Part shown: piece by piece, positions 55,701-63,337 of the stretch | Layout: every line of letters begins with the position of its first letter | Numbering within the stretch: the first letter of the stretch is position 1 | Origin: Planctomycetota bacterium | GTDB lineage: Bacteria; Planctomycetota; SZUA-567; H5-PLA8 | DNA length: 64,000 nucleotides | Direction: 5' to 3' | Assembly (NCBI GenBank): GCA_038227875.1 | Contig: JBBRPR010000010.1 | Location: 64,001-128,000 of the forward strand | Translations under genes and position numbers: made by a program | Notes under the pieces: generated by a model | Seen by the model: the letters and a program-made list of their open reading frames with translations, nothing else | Told to the model about the DNA's origin: nothing | The model's database searches: none

Positions 55701-58700
55701 TGCAAGAAGGATTGAAGTTCTTCAACGAACTCGAATACGAGTCGGCGAAGCCGGCTCTCGAGCGCGCCGTTCTTCTGGATCCGACCAACGAAGTTGCAAA
55801 GCAGAAACTGCAGACTGTGAACTCGTTGCTCGCAATCCATGTAGACAAAATCGGGCGCAAGATTCGCGAATTGGAACAGGGGGAGCGCGTCAGGCAGTCG
55901 GAGTCGCTGGTCCAACTTGCCAACGCGTTTCAAGATGGCCGGAGTCAAGAAGAACTGGGCTCAAAGCCCGCGCAAGAAACGACCGGCGCGAACAAGGAAC
56001 AGATTCTTGCCGACCAGCTCGACCATTTGCGAAAGGCACAGGACAAGTTCCGCCGCGTCACAGAAATCCTGAACTGGTTGCCGCCGTCGTTCGACCTGCC
56101 GTCTGAACGTGCGTCAGTCGAAGATTCCTTGAAGCGCACTAAACAGAAAATCGCTGAGAAGGAAGACGAGATCATTTACCTGCGACGCGTCGCTGCGCAA
56201 AAAGAGGCCGACGAAAACCGCGTGCGGGAGACGGAATTGTTCAAGGCGCGCATTGCCAAACTGACCGAGCAGGTCAAGGATCGCTACTATCGCGGCGACT
56301 ACAAAGCAGCCGAGCGGCTGTCGACGCGGATTCTCCAGATAGATCCGTTCAACACGGACGCTGAAGGCTGGAAGTTGAAAGCGCAGGGAGCGGGGATGTC
56401 GCTCAACGGAAGAAACGCTTCAGAGCATCCTGATGAATACGTGGACGCGGATATCGACAAAGCGACCATTGGGTTTGCGCCAATCATTCTCTACCCATCT
56501 AACTGGGACCAGATTACACGGCGTGTGGACGATTTGACAAAAGTATCGCGCGGCAGCTTGGCTGAGAAAGCAAGTATCGGCAAAGAGTATCAAGGATTGG
56601 ATGCCCGAGTCTTATTCGGCGACTTTGGAGATATTAAGAATTTGCCACGCGTCGATCTGGGAACGACACGCGGCGAAGTCATTGATCCCTTCAAAGCTCC
56701 ACTGAGATGGGACCTTCAATCGCAAGCCGACGCGCACCGCGAAGCCGGGAAGCGCCTGTTCGATTCCTTCAAGCTCGCGGATACCAATCTCGAGAGTTCA
56801 GATTCTCGAAAATCCAAACAAGAGCAGAGTGAATTCGATCAATTGAAGCGCGAAATTGAAGATTTACGAAAGCGGCTAAAGACTGCGGGAACAAACCCGC
56901 GAATCACCTATGTGGATAGCGTGTTGGATAGCAAATATGGTCCCAATACTTCTGTAACCACGAAGAACGGCGATCTGAAAATCGGTGGGCTGACTCAGGC
57001 CTGGCATGGGAAAGAGTCAGATCCAGAGACCGCGGCTCGCATCCATGGTGTGGATTCGGAAACTGGCGAGTCGAATGCCGAGCAACGGGCTCGCATGCGC
57101 GAATACGAGAAGCAGAAATTCAGCACGGTAGAAAAGGCAGCAGAGGACCTAACAAAAGCGCAGCAAGACGATGAGTTGAAGAGCTATAAAGTTCTTAACG
57201 GTCGGCTCGATGTCCACTCGGAAGAGGTCGCTGAAGTCCGGGACAATGACACGGAAACAACCGGCCGCAAAGAGGTCGCCATCGCCGCGAAGGACAATAC
57301 CATCCGCCAGCAGGAATCACTGCTCGCTCAGGAGAAAGCGGAGAAGGAGACACTCGCCGAACAGAACAAGGCGTTGGCTGAACAGAATCTCCAACTCGCT
57401 GAAAAGAACGCCAGGATCGCCCAAGAGCAGGCTGCGGAAACGATGGCGCTGGGTCAGAAAATTGCGGAACAGGACAGTTTACTTCATGACTTGGGAACGC
57501 TGTACTCGCGCGGCGCGATGACGGATACGAAGCACGACGCGTTGGAGAAGATGCCGGAATCGGCAACGAAAACGCCAGCGCTTTCTCCGGAACTTGAGAT
57601 CTACGATGTCCGCGATTTGACAAATACCATTGCCGACTTCCCAGGACCGGAATTGAAGCTGGAGAAGAAAGAGGCCGCTCCGCCGACGCCTCCAACGGAA
57701 ACGGCGACACCGCCAAAGAGAGACATTGCGGATCTGATGGCAAAATTGATCGACAAGGGTGTGCCCAATACGTCGATTGCAGAGAACAACGGGCAACTCG
57801 TGGTCATGGCCGACCCCGTGTCCCAGGCGAAGGTGGCGAAGGCGTTGAAGGAAATGCGCGAGCCCAACAACTCCAATATCTTCGAAACGATAAATGATCA
57901 GTTGAAGACTGCTCGCAATACCGCAAAAAGCGGGGGATTCGGACCCGTGAGTTCGCCGCAGCCGAAAATCTGCGCGATCTGTAATCAGCCTTTGTTCAAG
58001 CACGCCGATCCGAATTTTGTCTGTCAGCCAAACGCGGACCGTAGCGACCAGCGAGCAAACCAGGAGTTGCGTCTCAAGTTCAACGCCGAACGGGATGCTC
58101 ATCAGGAGGCTCTCGCAAAACTCGCGACTGCGGAGCACGAAAATGGCAAGCTGCTGGCTGAAGACCAGGAATACATCAAGAAAAGTACGCAAGAATTGAA
58201 CGACCACACGTCGGTATTGAGTTCGCCGGTGCTCTTCCAGGGATTGACCAAGGAGCTGCTACGTACCACGCCAACCGACCCGCAGGTCCGCGCGCGAAAC
58301 GAGAAGTCGGAACTCGAATATGAATTGGCGATCACCAACCAGACGCTCAGCGCGCTGGAAAAGGATAAGCGCAGCGTTGAAGAAGACCTGGCACTTCAAA
58401 CCAGCCGAATTGAGCGGCTGCTAAAATCAGGTGTTCCAATCGCTCGGCTTCTGGGAGAAGATTCGGCGTCCGATGGGCCAGCCACAGCCTCGGCACCGAA
58501 AACCCCTCCAGCAAGCGCGCCTGGCGATGTTCTTCCAGGCTTCTTTAGCCGCGCGGAGATTCCGTTGGATCTGCCGCAAACCTCCCAGCGAATCGAAGTC
58601 ACGAAAGTGGTCCCGTCGCCGGTGCCGGAACATCCCGCGTCGCATGAACAACCCTACCGGGCAACCTTCGGTCCGATCAGTAACGATTCGGCCGACATCG

Positions 58701-60430
58701 CGAAGCTCAAAGATGAAGTGAACGCCGCCAAGCAGAAGCTCGCGCAGCAGAATCGGGACAAGCATGCCATCGAAGAAGATCTCGCCCTGCAAACCAGCCG
58801 CATTGAAAGGCTGATGAAGAACGGCGTGCCGATCGCGCATCTTGTTGGGGAAGATCCAACCGCGACGCAACCGTTCGTCGCCGATGGCCAAGTGCTGGGC
58901 GTTCGTCCTGAGATTAGACTTGTGATGCTGTCCATAGGTTCGCAACAGGGCGTCAAGCCTGGCTTCCAGTACACCATTAAGCGCGGTGACCAATACGTCA
59001 CACGAGTAATTGTCGAAAAGGTGTATCCAGATATGTCGTCGGCCCGCTATGTCGAAGGTCTTATGAATAAAGAAGGCCGTGAGGTCGAAGTGAACGACGA
59101 AGTCATCACGCGTGGCGGGAGCGCACCCGTCTCCGACGACAAACCCCTCGCGCCGAAAACCGCACCCGTCAATCTCTCCCGCGACCAAATCGCCGCACTG
59201 CTTGCCACCATGCCCAAAAATTCCGATGTCGCCGCCGCGCGTGCGGAACTTTACCGCAAGCTTGCGGCGCTCAGCACTGGGCTTGACGCCTGCCGCGTCC
59301 TCGCGCAAGGCCTCGCGGAATTCCAGGGTGAAGGGACGCAGGCCGAACAGCTCGCGGGCGATGTCGTTGTGCTCGTCGACAGTGAATCCAGCGCGGCGGT
59401 GCTCGACGCGATGCTGCCGCTGCTCAGCGATGAAAATCTGCGAGCGCGGGTGCTCGCTCGGCGCGGCGCGGTGGAACCGGACTTGAACAAGCGCTGTGAA
59501 TTTCTGGCGTCGGCGTTCGAAGCGTCCGGAAAAGAAGTGTCGTACCTTCACCCGCTGGCGGTGGCGCTGAATACCGGAGGGCGTCACGCTCAAGTCATTG
59601 CGCGGCTGGAAGCGAGTCTGCGTTCCGGCGGCGCGCAGAATTGGATGTGGCCGCTGCTCACCGTGTCGTACCGCGCGATCGGCGATGCGGCCGGCGCACT
59701 GCGCGCGGGCTCGCAGCTTGTCGCGCAGCATCCGCGGGAAGCGGCGCCGCGCATGGAATTCGCACGGGCGCTGGATGGCCTGGGCCGGGGTGCCGATGCG
59801 ATCCGCGAAATGCGCGCAGCCTGCACGTTTGCGCCGGAGAACGTCGACGCGGTGCGCGCGCTGCGCGACCTTTCTAAAAAGTACGACGATGCGGAAACGC
59901 GCGCGTGGGCGCTGCTGGCGCTGCTCCGCAACGACTGGGGCAACGACAGCCAGCCGATCTGGGCCGACACGCGCAAGGAACTGGACGCGCTGAAAGCCGA
60001 TTTTCTCAAAGCCGGAATGAAGGACAAGGCCGCGGATCTCGCCAGCCGAGCCCGCGAAGCGGACGTCACCGACATCGTCGCGGTGATGAGCTGGAACACG
60101 GACAAGACCGACATTGATCTGCACGTGGAAGAGCCCGGCCAGCAGCGCGTCAGCTACAATTCACGCTCGACGTTCCGCGGCGGCAACCTCGATCACGACA
60201 ACACCTCCGGCTACGGCCCGGAGACGTACACGCTGCGCCACGCGCCGGCCGGGCGGTACATCATCAAGGTCCACTACTATTCCGGCCAACCACCGACCGA
60301 CGTGACGATCAACGTCACGCGCCGCAAGGGCGGAGCAGAAGAGACGACGCAGACGTTCCACGTTCACCTTGAGAAGGCGCATGACGAGCAGATTGTGGAG
60401 ACGATCGATATTCCGAACGGAACGGAATGA
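52730..60430 (+). CDS. Giant anti-sigma factor: zf-HC2 + TM + FecR + VIT + vWA + mosaic insert + TPR + DUF2135-like
   Basis: HCEICADC; TM; FecR (LTHGRV, GTVVDV, VLEGHV); VIT (LEGTFYF...ARAIYE...RDPALLEW...RVFPI); vWA-like FVVETSG; MSPYTSFLVLE; TPRs; SWNTDKTDIDLHVEEP...DNTSGYGPE. Single uninterrupted frame. Confidence 0.85.
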   Translation: MNQTCEHIEEQIPDALSGRLNGAALAELEAHCEICADCRALYGSFEQTTQLLERAFPVSGGHRPELWDRIESSVSAKSARMAAPRVIPAWGPIAAAAAMVALAVLLFAGSPARRTENVASVTVPPITETPREKTSKSTTPTPVAIARGPREVIDDTRGLALLRTTGPVFTFDAEHQAWRQVVSGERIAYGAALRTAPGALAELAFGESRVRVDEKSEVTVSNATVSAARVAELTHGRVRVDLLHSERPFQIRSGGGMVELTGTVVDVDAPATDLAFVQVLEGHVRVTPAANTADVAPVSVVAGQEALVASRINAALLKSLPADVQARLSAFKSSQALGRDAAANWTDSLDHPPSPKNSAIGQLIVKDEHGREAEPLRIVSMDVKTQVRGPESITRIDQSFYNSTNGTLEGTFYFNVPPGAAISRFAMYVDEKNLIEGEVVERGRARAIYESILHAKRDPALLEWVDGNTFKARVFPIQARSNKRIIMEYTQVLPAFFDTRRYVFPLVSDLAQKAEIGKLSIQVQLATGDSSSFSEIASPSYSSDLRIQGDGEAFATASLHLEHARPAADFVLNFSAPRASELYASAYAQNGEQPYLLLGYQPRLPATYKRAANAAGRDILFVVETSGARTPQDLSAQRQALTAMLAALNDNDRVAFAAADIGLVPLTTRFLPARAAEVDAALAALKQRVAMGALDLSASIRAAATSFDTSAPTRERLMLFIGSGVPALGELDSGKIAAEGAEALAKAKASFVAVSLGQSVDALTLSEVARRSNGFYLPLKADEGLDAAAFQLALGLQTPLLTSPEFKADANCTAEIYPANLGALLPGQEIFLNTRAAKTGASVLRFTLSAELQKQPFTSNFVVALPSDLSADPAAGRFWARARLDHLLAQPQSDELRNEVIELAKTWTLMSPYTSFLVLESNEEYKRYDIDRSKRRPAWRDLEAPTVAQNPGQSLIGVLTRVKGSRSGVAYEKSANAYVIRDPAAESTGLLQEGLKFFNELEYESAKPALERAVLLDPTNEVAKQKLQTVNSLLAIHVDKIGRKIRELEQGERVRQSESLVQLANAFQDGRSQEELGSKPAQETTGANKEQILADQLDHLRKAQDKFRRVTEILNWLPPSFDLPSERASVEDSLKRTKQKIAEKEDEIIYLRRVAAQKEADENRVRETELFKARIAKLTEQVKDRYYRGDYKAAERLSTRILQIDPFNTDAEGWKLKAQGAGMSLNGRNASEHPDEYVDADIDKATIGFAPIILYPSNWDQITRRVDDLTKVSRGSLAEKASIGKEYQGLDARVLFGDFGDIKNLPRVDLGTTRGEVIDPFKAPLRWDLQSQADAHREAGKRLFDSFKLADTNLESSDSRKSKQEQSEFDQLKREIEDLRKRLKTAGTNPRITYVDSVLDSKYGPNTSVTTKNGDLKIGGLTQAWHGKESDPETAARIHGVDSETGESNAEQRARMREYEKQKFSTVEKAAEDLTKAQQDDELKSYKVLNGRLDVHSEEVAEVRDNDTETTGRKEVAIAAKDNTIRQQESLLAQEKAEKETLAEQNKALAEQNLQLAEKNARIAQEQAAETMALGQKIAEQDSLLHDLGTLYSRGAMTDTKHDALEKMPESATKTPALSPELEIYDVRDLTNTIADFPGPELKLEKKEAAPPTPPTETATPPKRDIADLMAKLIDKGVPNTSIAENNGQLVVMADPVSQAKVAKALKEMREPNNSNIFETINDQLKTARNTAKSGGFGPVSSPQPKICAICNQPLFKHADPNFVCQPNADRSDQRANQELRLKFNAERDAHQEALAKLATAEHENGKLLAEDQEYIKKSTQELNDHTSVLSSPVLFQGLTKELLRTTPTDPQVRARNEKSELEYELAITNQTLSALEKDKRSVEEDLALQTSRIERLLKSGVPIARLLGEDSASDGPATASAPKTPPASAPGDVLPGFFSRAEIPLDLPQTSQRIEVTKVVPSPVPEHPASHEQPYRATFGPISNDSADIAKLKDEVNAAKQKLAQQNRDKHAIEEDLALQTSRIERLMKNGVPIAHLVGEDPTATQPFVADGQVLGVRPEIRLVMLSIGSQQGVKPGFQYTIKRGDQYVTRVIVEKVYPDMSSARYVEGLMNKEGREVEVNDEVITRGGSAPVSDDKPLAPKTAPVNLSRDQIAALLATMPKNSDVAAARAELYRKLAALSTGLDACRVLAQGLAEFQGEGTQAEQLAGDVVVLVDSESSAAVLDAMLPLLSDENLRARVLARRGAVEPDLNKRCEFLASAFEASGKEVSYLHPLAVALNTGGRHAQVIARLEASLRSGGAQNWMWPLLTVSYRAIGDAAGALRAGSQLVAQHPREAAPRMEFARALDGLGRGADAIREMRAACTFAPENVDAVRALRDLSKKYDDAETRAWALLALLRNDWGNDSQPIWADTRKELDALKADFLKAGMKDKAADLASRAREADVTDIVAVMSWNTDKTDIDLHVEEPGQQRVSYNSRSTFRGGNLDHDNTSGYGPETYTLRHAPAGRYIIKVHYYSGQPPTDVTINVTRRKGGAEETTQTFHVHLEKAHDEQIVETIDIPNGTE

Positions 60431-60523
60431 CGATGCGATTGGGTTCAAATTACAACTTTTGCACTTCCCAAGACTTTGCGAAACTGTTAATAACACCCTC
60501 GGGGGAAACTAGGGTAATGTTAG

Positions 60524-62098
60524 ATGCGCTGTTCCCTCGTGCGGTTCGGTGTCTATTTGGTTTTTGCGGCAAGCCCTTTCGTGGCCTATGCCAGCTCGAT
60601 TGATGACCTGCGGCAGGAAGTCGAGCGCCTCAAAAAAGAAGTCGCGGTCCACGCCGCTCCCGAAATCCCCATTGAACAAAAATATCCCGGCTCCGTCGAC
60701 GCCTGTTCATCCGCTGTTGCGGTGCGCAGCCGTGCGACATTGACCGTCGGCGGCTTGCTGCAGGTCTGGTATCAATCGGTTCAGAACGATCGGCGCGGCA
60801 TCGTCTTCAATTCGCCGGTCAGCGATCTCAGCGGCGAATCGAACCAGACCAACGACAACGATACCTTCCGTATTCGCCGCGCGGAACTGCGCTTCGTCGC
60901 CGATGTCGACGAGCATTTCAGCGCTCACGTCACGCTGGATCCAGCGCGTGAAAGTTCGGCCTCGTTTTACCCGCTGCCCACGTTCATGAATCACAACCGG
61001 CTGCTGTCGCCGGCGCTTCCCAACACCACGCTTGGCGGTGTACCCGTCGCCGCGGGCACACGCACGACGCTCAGCGCCAACCAGATCACGCCTTTATTAT
61101 TGGAAGACGCGTACATCAGCATTCACGATTGGCTGCCGCACCATGAAGTTCTGCTCGGACAGATGAAGCCGCCGTCGGGCGCGGAAGCGTGGACGGACAA
61201 TGGCGACCTCGATTTTGTCGAACGCTCACTGATCGCGCAGGCGTCGGACATCCGCGACATCGGCGTGATGGTCCACGGCACGTGGTTCTGCGAACGACTG
61301 CAGTACTGGGTCGGGGCGTTCAACGGGCCGGACGGCACGACACTGGCCGATACCGAGAACGTCACCGGTGCCAATCGCGCTGACGACAACAACGACAAGG
61401 ATTTTGCGTGGCGTGTTCTGGCCCGGCCGGTGTGGAATGCCGATGCGTGGTCCGGCCGCCTGGAAGTCGGCTACGCGCGCACCGATGGCTACCGCGGCAG
61501 CAGCGGCCAGGCCTTCGATGCGTCGACGCCGCTCAACGCGTTGAACGAGCAGCGTACCGCCATCAACCGGCAGAACGCCTGGTTGACGTACCGTCCCGGC
61601 GGAGTGCTGCGCGGCGTCTGGGCGCGCGGCGAATGGGAATCGCAGCATGCACGTTTTAGCGCGTTCCGCGGCCGCACGAATCTGCTCGGCACGGGTTCCG
61701 ACGCCGCGAGCATTGATGGGACAACGGTGATCTTCGGGCAGCTGAACCCCGCGCCGGTGACCGCGTCCGGCTGGAGCGCTTCGGCCGGCTACCGCCTCTC
61801 GGAATCCCGCTTCGCCGCTTGTTCGTGCGATTCCTCGGGTCTGCGCCAGGCGCTGAACAATTTGGAGTTCGCCTTCCGCGCCGAACAGTATGAAAACGTC
61901 GCCGCCGAAAGTTTCGTGAATCCCGATCGCGCCACGAATCTCTACCGCACGCGCGTCTACACCGGCGGCGTGAATTACTACATGAGCGCCGCGAGCAAAC
62001 TGCAGTTGAACTACGGTATCGTCAAAGACCCCCGCAGCGGAGCCCTCCGCGACGTCCGCAACAATTTCCTCGCGCTGAATTTCCAGGTGGGGTTTTGA
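60524..62098 (+). CDS. Outer-membrane porin (OprO/OprP-like family)
   Basis: Signal peptide, coiled coil, FRIRRAEL, LEDAY, GQMKPP, LDFVERS, RDIG, GAFNG, GVNYY and terminal FQVGF. Confidence 0.8.
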   Translation: MRCSLVRFGVYLVFAASPFVAYASSIDDLRQEVERLKKEVAVHAAPEIPIEQKYPGSVDACSSAVAVRSRATLTVGGLLQVWYQSVQNDRRGIVFNSPVSDLSGESNQTNDNDTFRIRRAELRFVADVDEHFSAHVTLDPARESSASFYPLPTFMNHNRLLSPALPNTTLGGVPVAAGTRTTLSANQITPLLLEDAYISIHDWLPHHEVLLGQMKPPSGAEAWTDNGDLDFVERSLIAQASDIRDIGVMVHGTWFCERLQYWVGAFNGPDGTTLADTENVTGANRADDNNDKDFAWRVLARPVWNADAWSGRLEVGYARTDGYRGSSGQAFDASTPLNALNEQRTAINRQNAWLTYRPGGVLRGVWARGEWESQHARFSAFRGRTNLLGTGSDAASIDGTTVIFGQLNPAPVTASGWSASAGYRLSESRFAACSCDSSGLRQALNNLEFAFRAEQYENVAAESFVNPDRATNLYRTRVYTGGVNYYMSAASKLQLNYGIVKDPRSGALRDVRNNFLALNFQVGF

Positions 62099-62520
62099 TC
62101 GCTTAACCTCGCGTATCTTGTGGGCACTTGCATAGACCCTGCCTGCACTTCACACCTTAACAAGTGTCCCGCCAGTGGAACGCGATTTGCACATGAGCAT
62201 CCCCGATTCACGATCACGCAAAACCGTGCCGCGACTAGACTATCTCTTCTGGGGAGCTAAACTGTGCAGTGTTTTGGAGATAAGCATGACGCAGAGGTGG
62301 ACGAAGCGCTTCGTTCGCTCTGCGCGTCGCTGGCCGATCTGCTCAACGAGTTCAAGAAGCACCAGTCGTTGACTCCATTTGCAGTCTGTCCGCGTCCACC
62401 ACGTCGCTGTTCCTGCTCGGTTGGCCAGTTCAGGTTTGGCCAGGTCCGAACGGACGACGCGGTCCGGCATGCCTCGCATTCCCTGGGAAGCTCTCAGCCA
62501 GATCTGAGGTCAGGACCAAC

Positions 62521-63222
62521 ATGGTAATGGTGACGGATTCCGCCGCGGCCTTTCTGCGGCAGCTCAATACCGACATTCACGCGCATCCTTTTCTTTCCGA
62601 TCCGTTCCTTAAGCGCATGGCGACGCCCGGCGCGATCAGCCGCGAGCAGGCCCGGCGCTTCGCGGTGCTCTACTACCCGCACATTTTCCGGACGCGGCTT
62701 TACCAGGCCAACTCGCTGGGCATCGCCGCCGACGAGAACGTCCAGTTCGTGCTCGCCGAAATTCTTTACGATGAGTACGGCAACGGCGACAAGACGCGCA
62801 CCCATCCGGCCGTCTATCGCAAGTTCATGAAAGCACTCAACGTCGACGCTGCCGATTACAATACCGACCCTCGCTTCCCCGAATTGGTGCTCTACGTCGA
62901 TGCGATGATGCGCCTGACGCAAAGCGGCGACTGGCTGGCTGCGGCCGCCGCCGTCGGCATCGCCAGCGAGTGGCCGATTCCGCAGTACTACGGCGATCTG
63001 CTCAAAGGCCTCCGCACGGTGCCGGGCATTGTCGAAGACGACCTGGAATTGTTCTCCAGCCACATCGGCATCGACGAACACCATTCCAAAATGATGTACG
63101 ACGCGCTGGCGCCATACGCCGGCTCGACGGAAGGCCAGGCGCGCATCCGCGCGGGCGTGAAAGCGAATCTCGATGCGCGGCGCGTGATGATGCAGGGGCT
63201 CAACCGACTGGTCTTTGAATAA
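62521..63222 (+). CDS. Heme-oxygenase-like diiron redox enzyme (PqqC/CADD/TenA superfamily)
   Basis: HPF, DEYG...H, E, HxxxDxxH (HIGIDEHH) metal-ligand pattern. Confidence 0.8.
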   Translation: MVMVTDSAAAFLRQLNTDIHAHPFLSDPFLKRMATPGAISREQARRFAVLYYPHIFRTRLYQANSLGIAADENVQFVLAEILYDEYGNGDKTRTHPAVYRKFMKALNVDAADYNTDPRFPELVLYVDAMMRLTQSGDWLAAAAAVGIASEWPIPQYYGDLLKGLRTVPGIVEDDLELFSSHIGIDEHHSKMMYDALAPYAGSTEGQARIRAGVKANLDARRVMMQGLNRLVFE

Positions 63223-63235
63223 CCGTAGCGAAGAC

Positions 63236-63301
63236 AGTTTTGAGTTTTGAGTTTTGAATTATTGCCGCCGCGAAGCCATTCAAAACTCATCACTCAAAAC
63301 T
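63236..63301. repeat. Inverted heptamer repeat (AGTTTTG)3 / (CAAAACT)
   Basis: AGTTTTGx3-AAT ... ATT-CAAAACT-CATCACT-CAAAACT between convergent genes. Confidence 0.8.
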
Positions 63302-63337
63302 ATTCCGCGAGTTCCGCGCTCGGAAGGCGGCCGCTCC

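Noticed and set aside
58358..58855. DGR template/variable repeat pair or CRISPR-like repeat
   Set aside because: Differences are not adenine-specific, both copies are in-frame, and no reverse transcriptase or cas gene is present.
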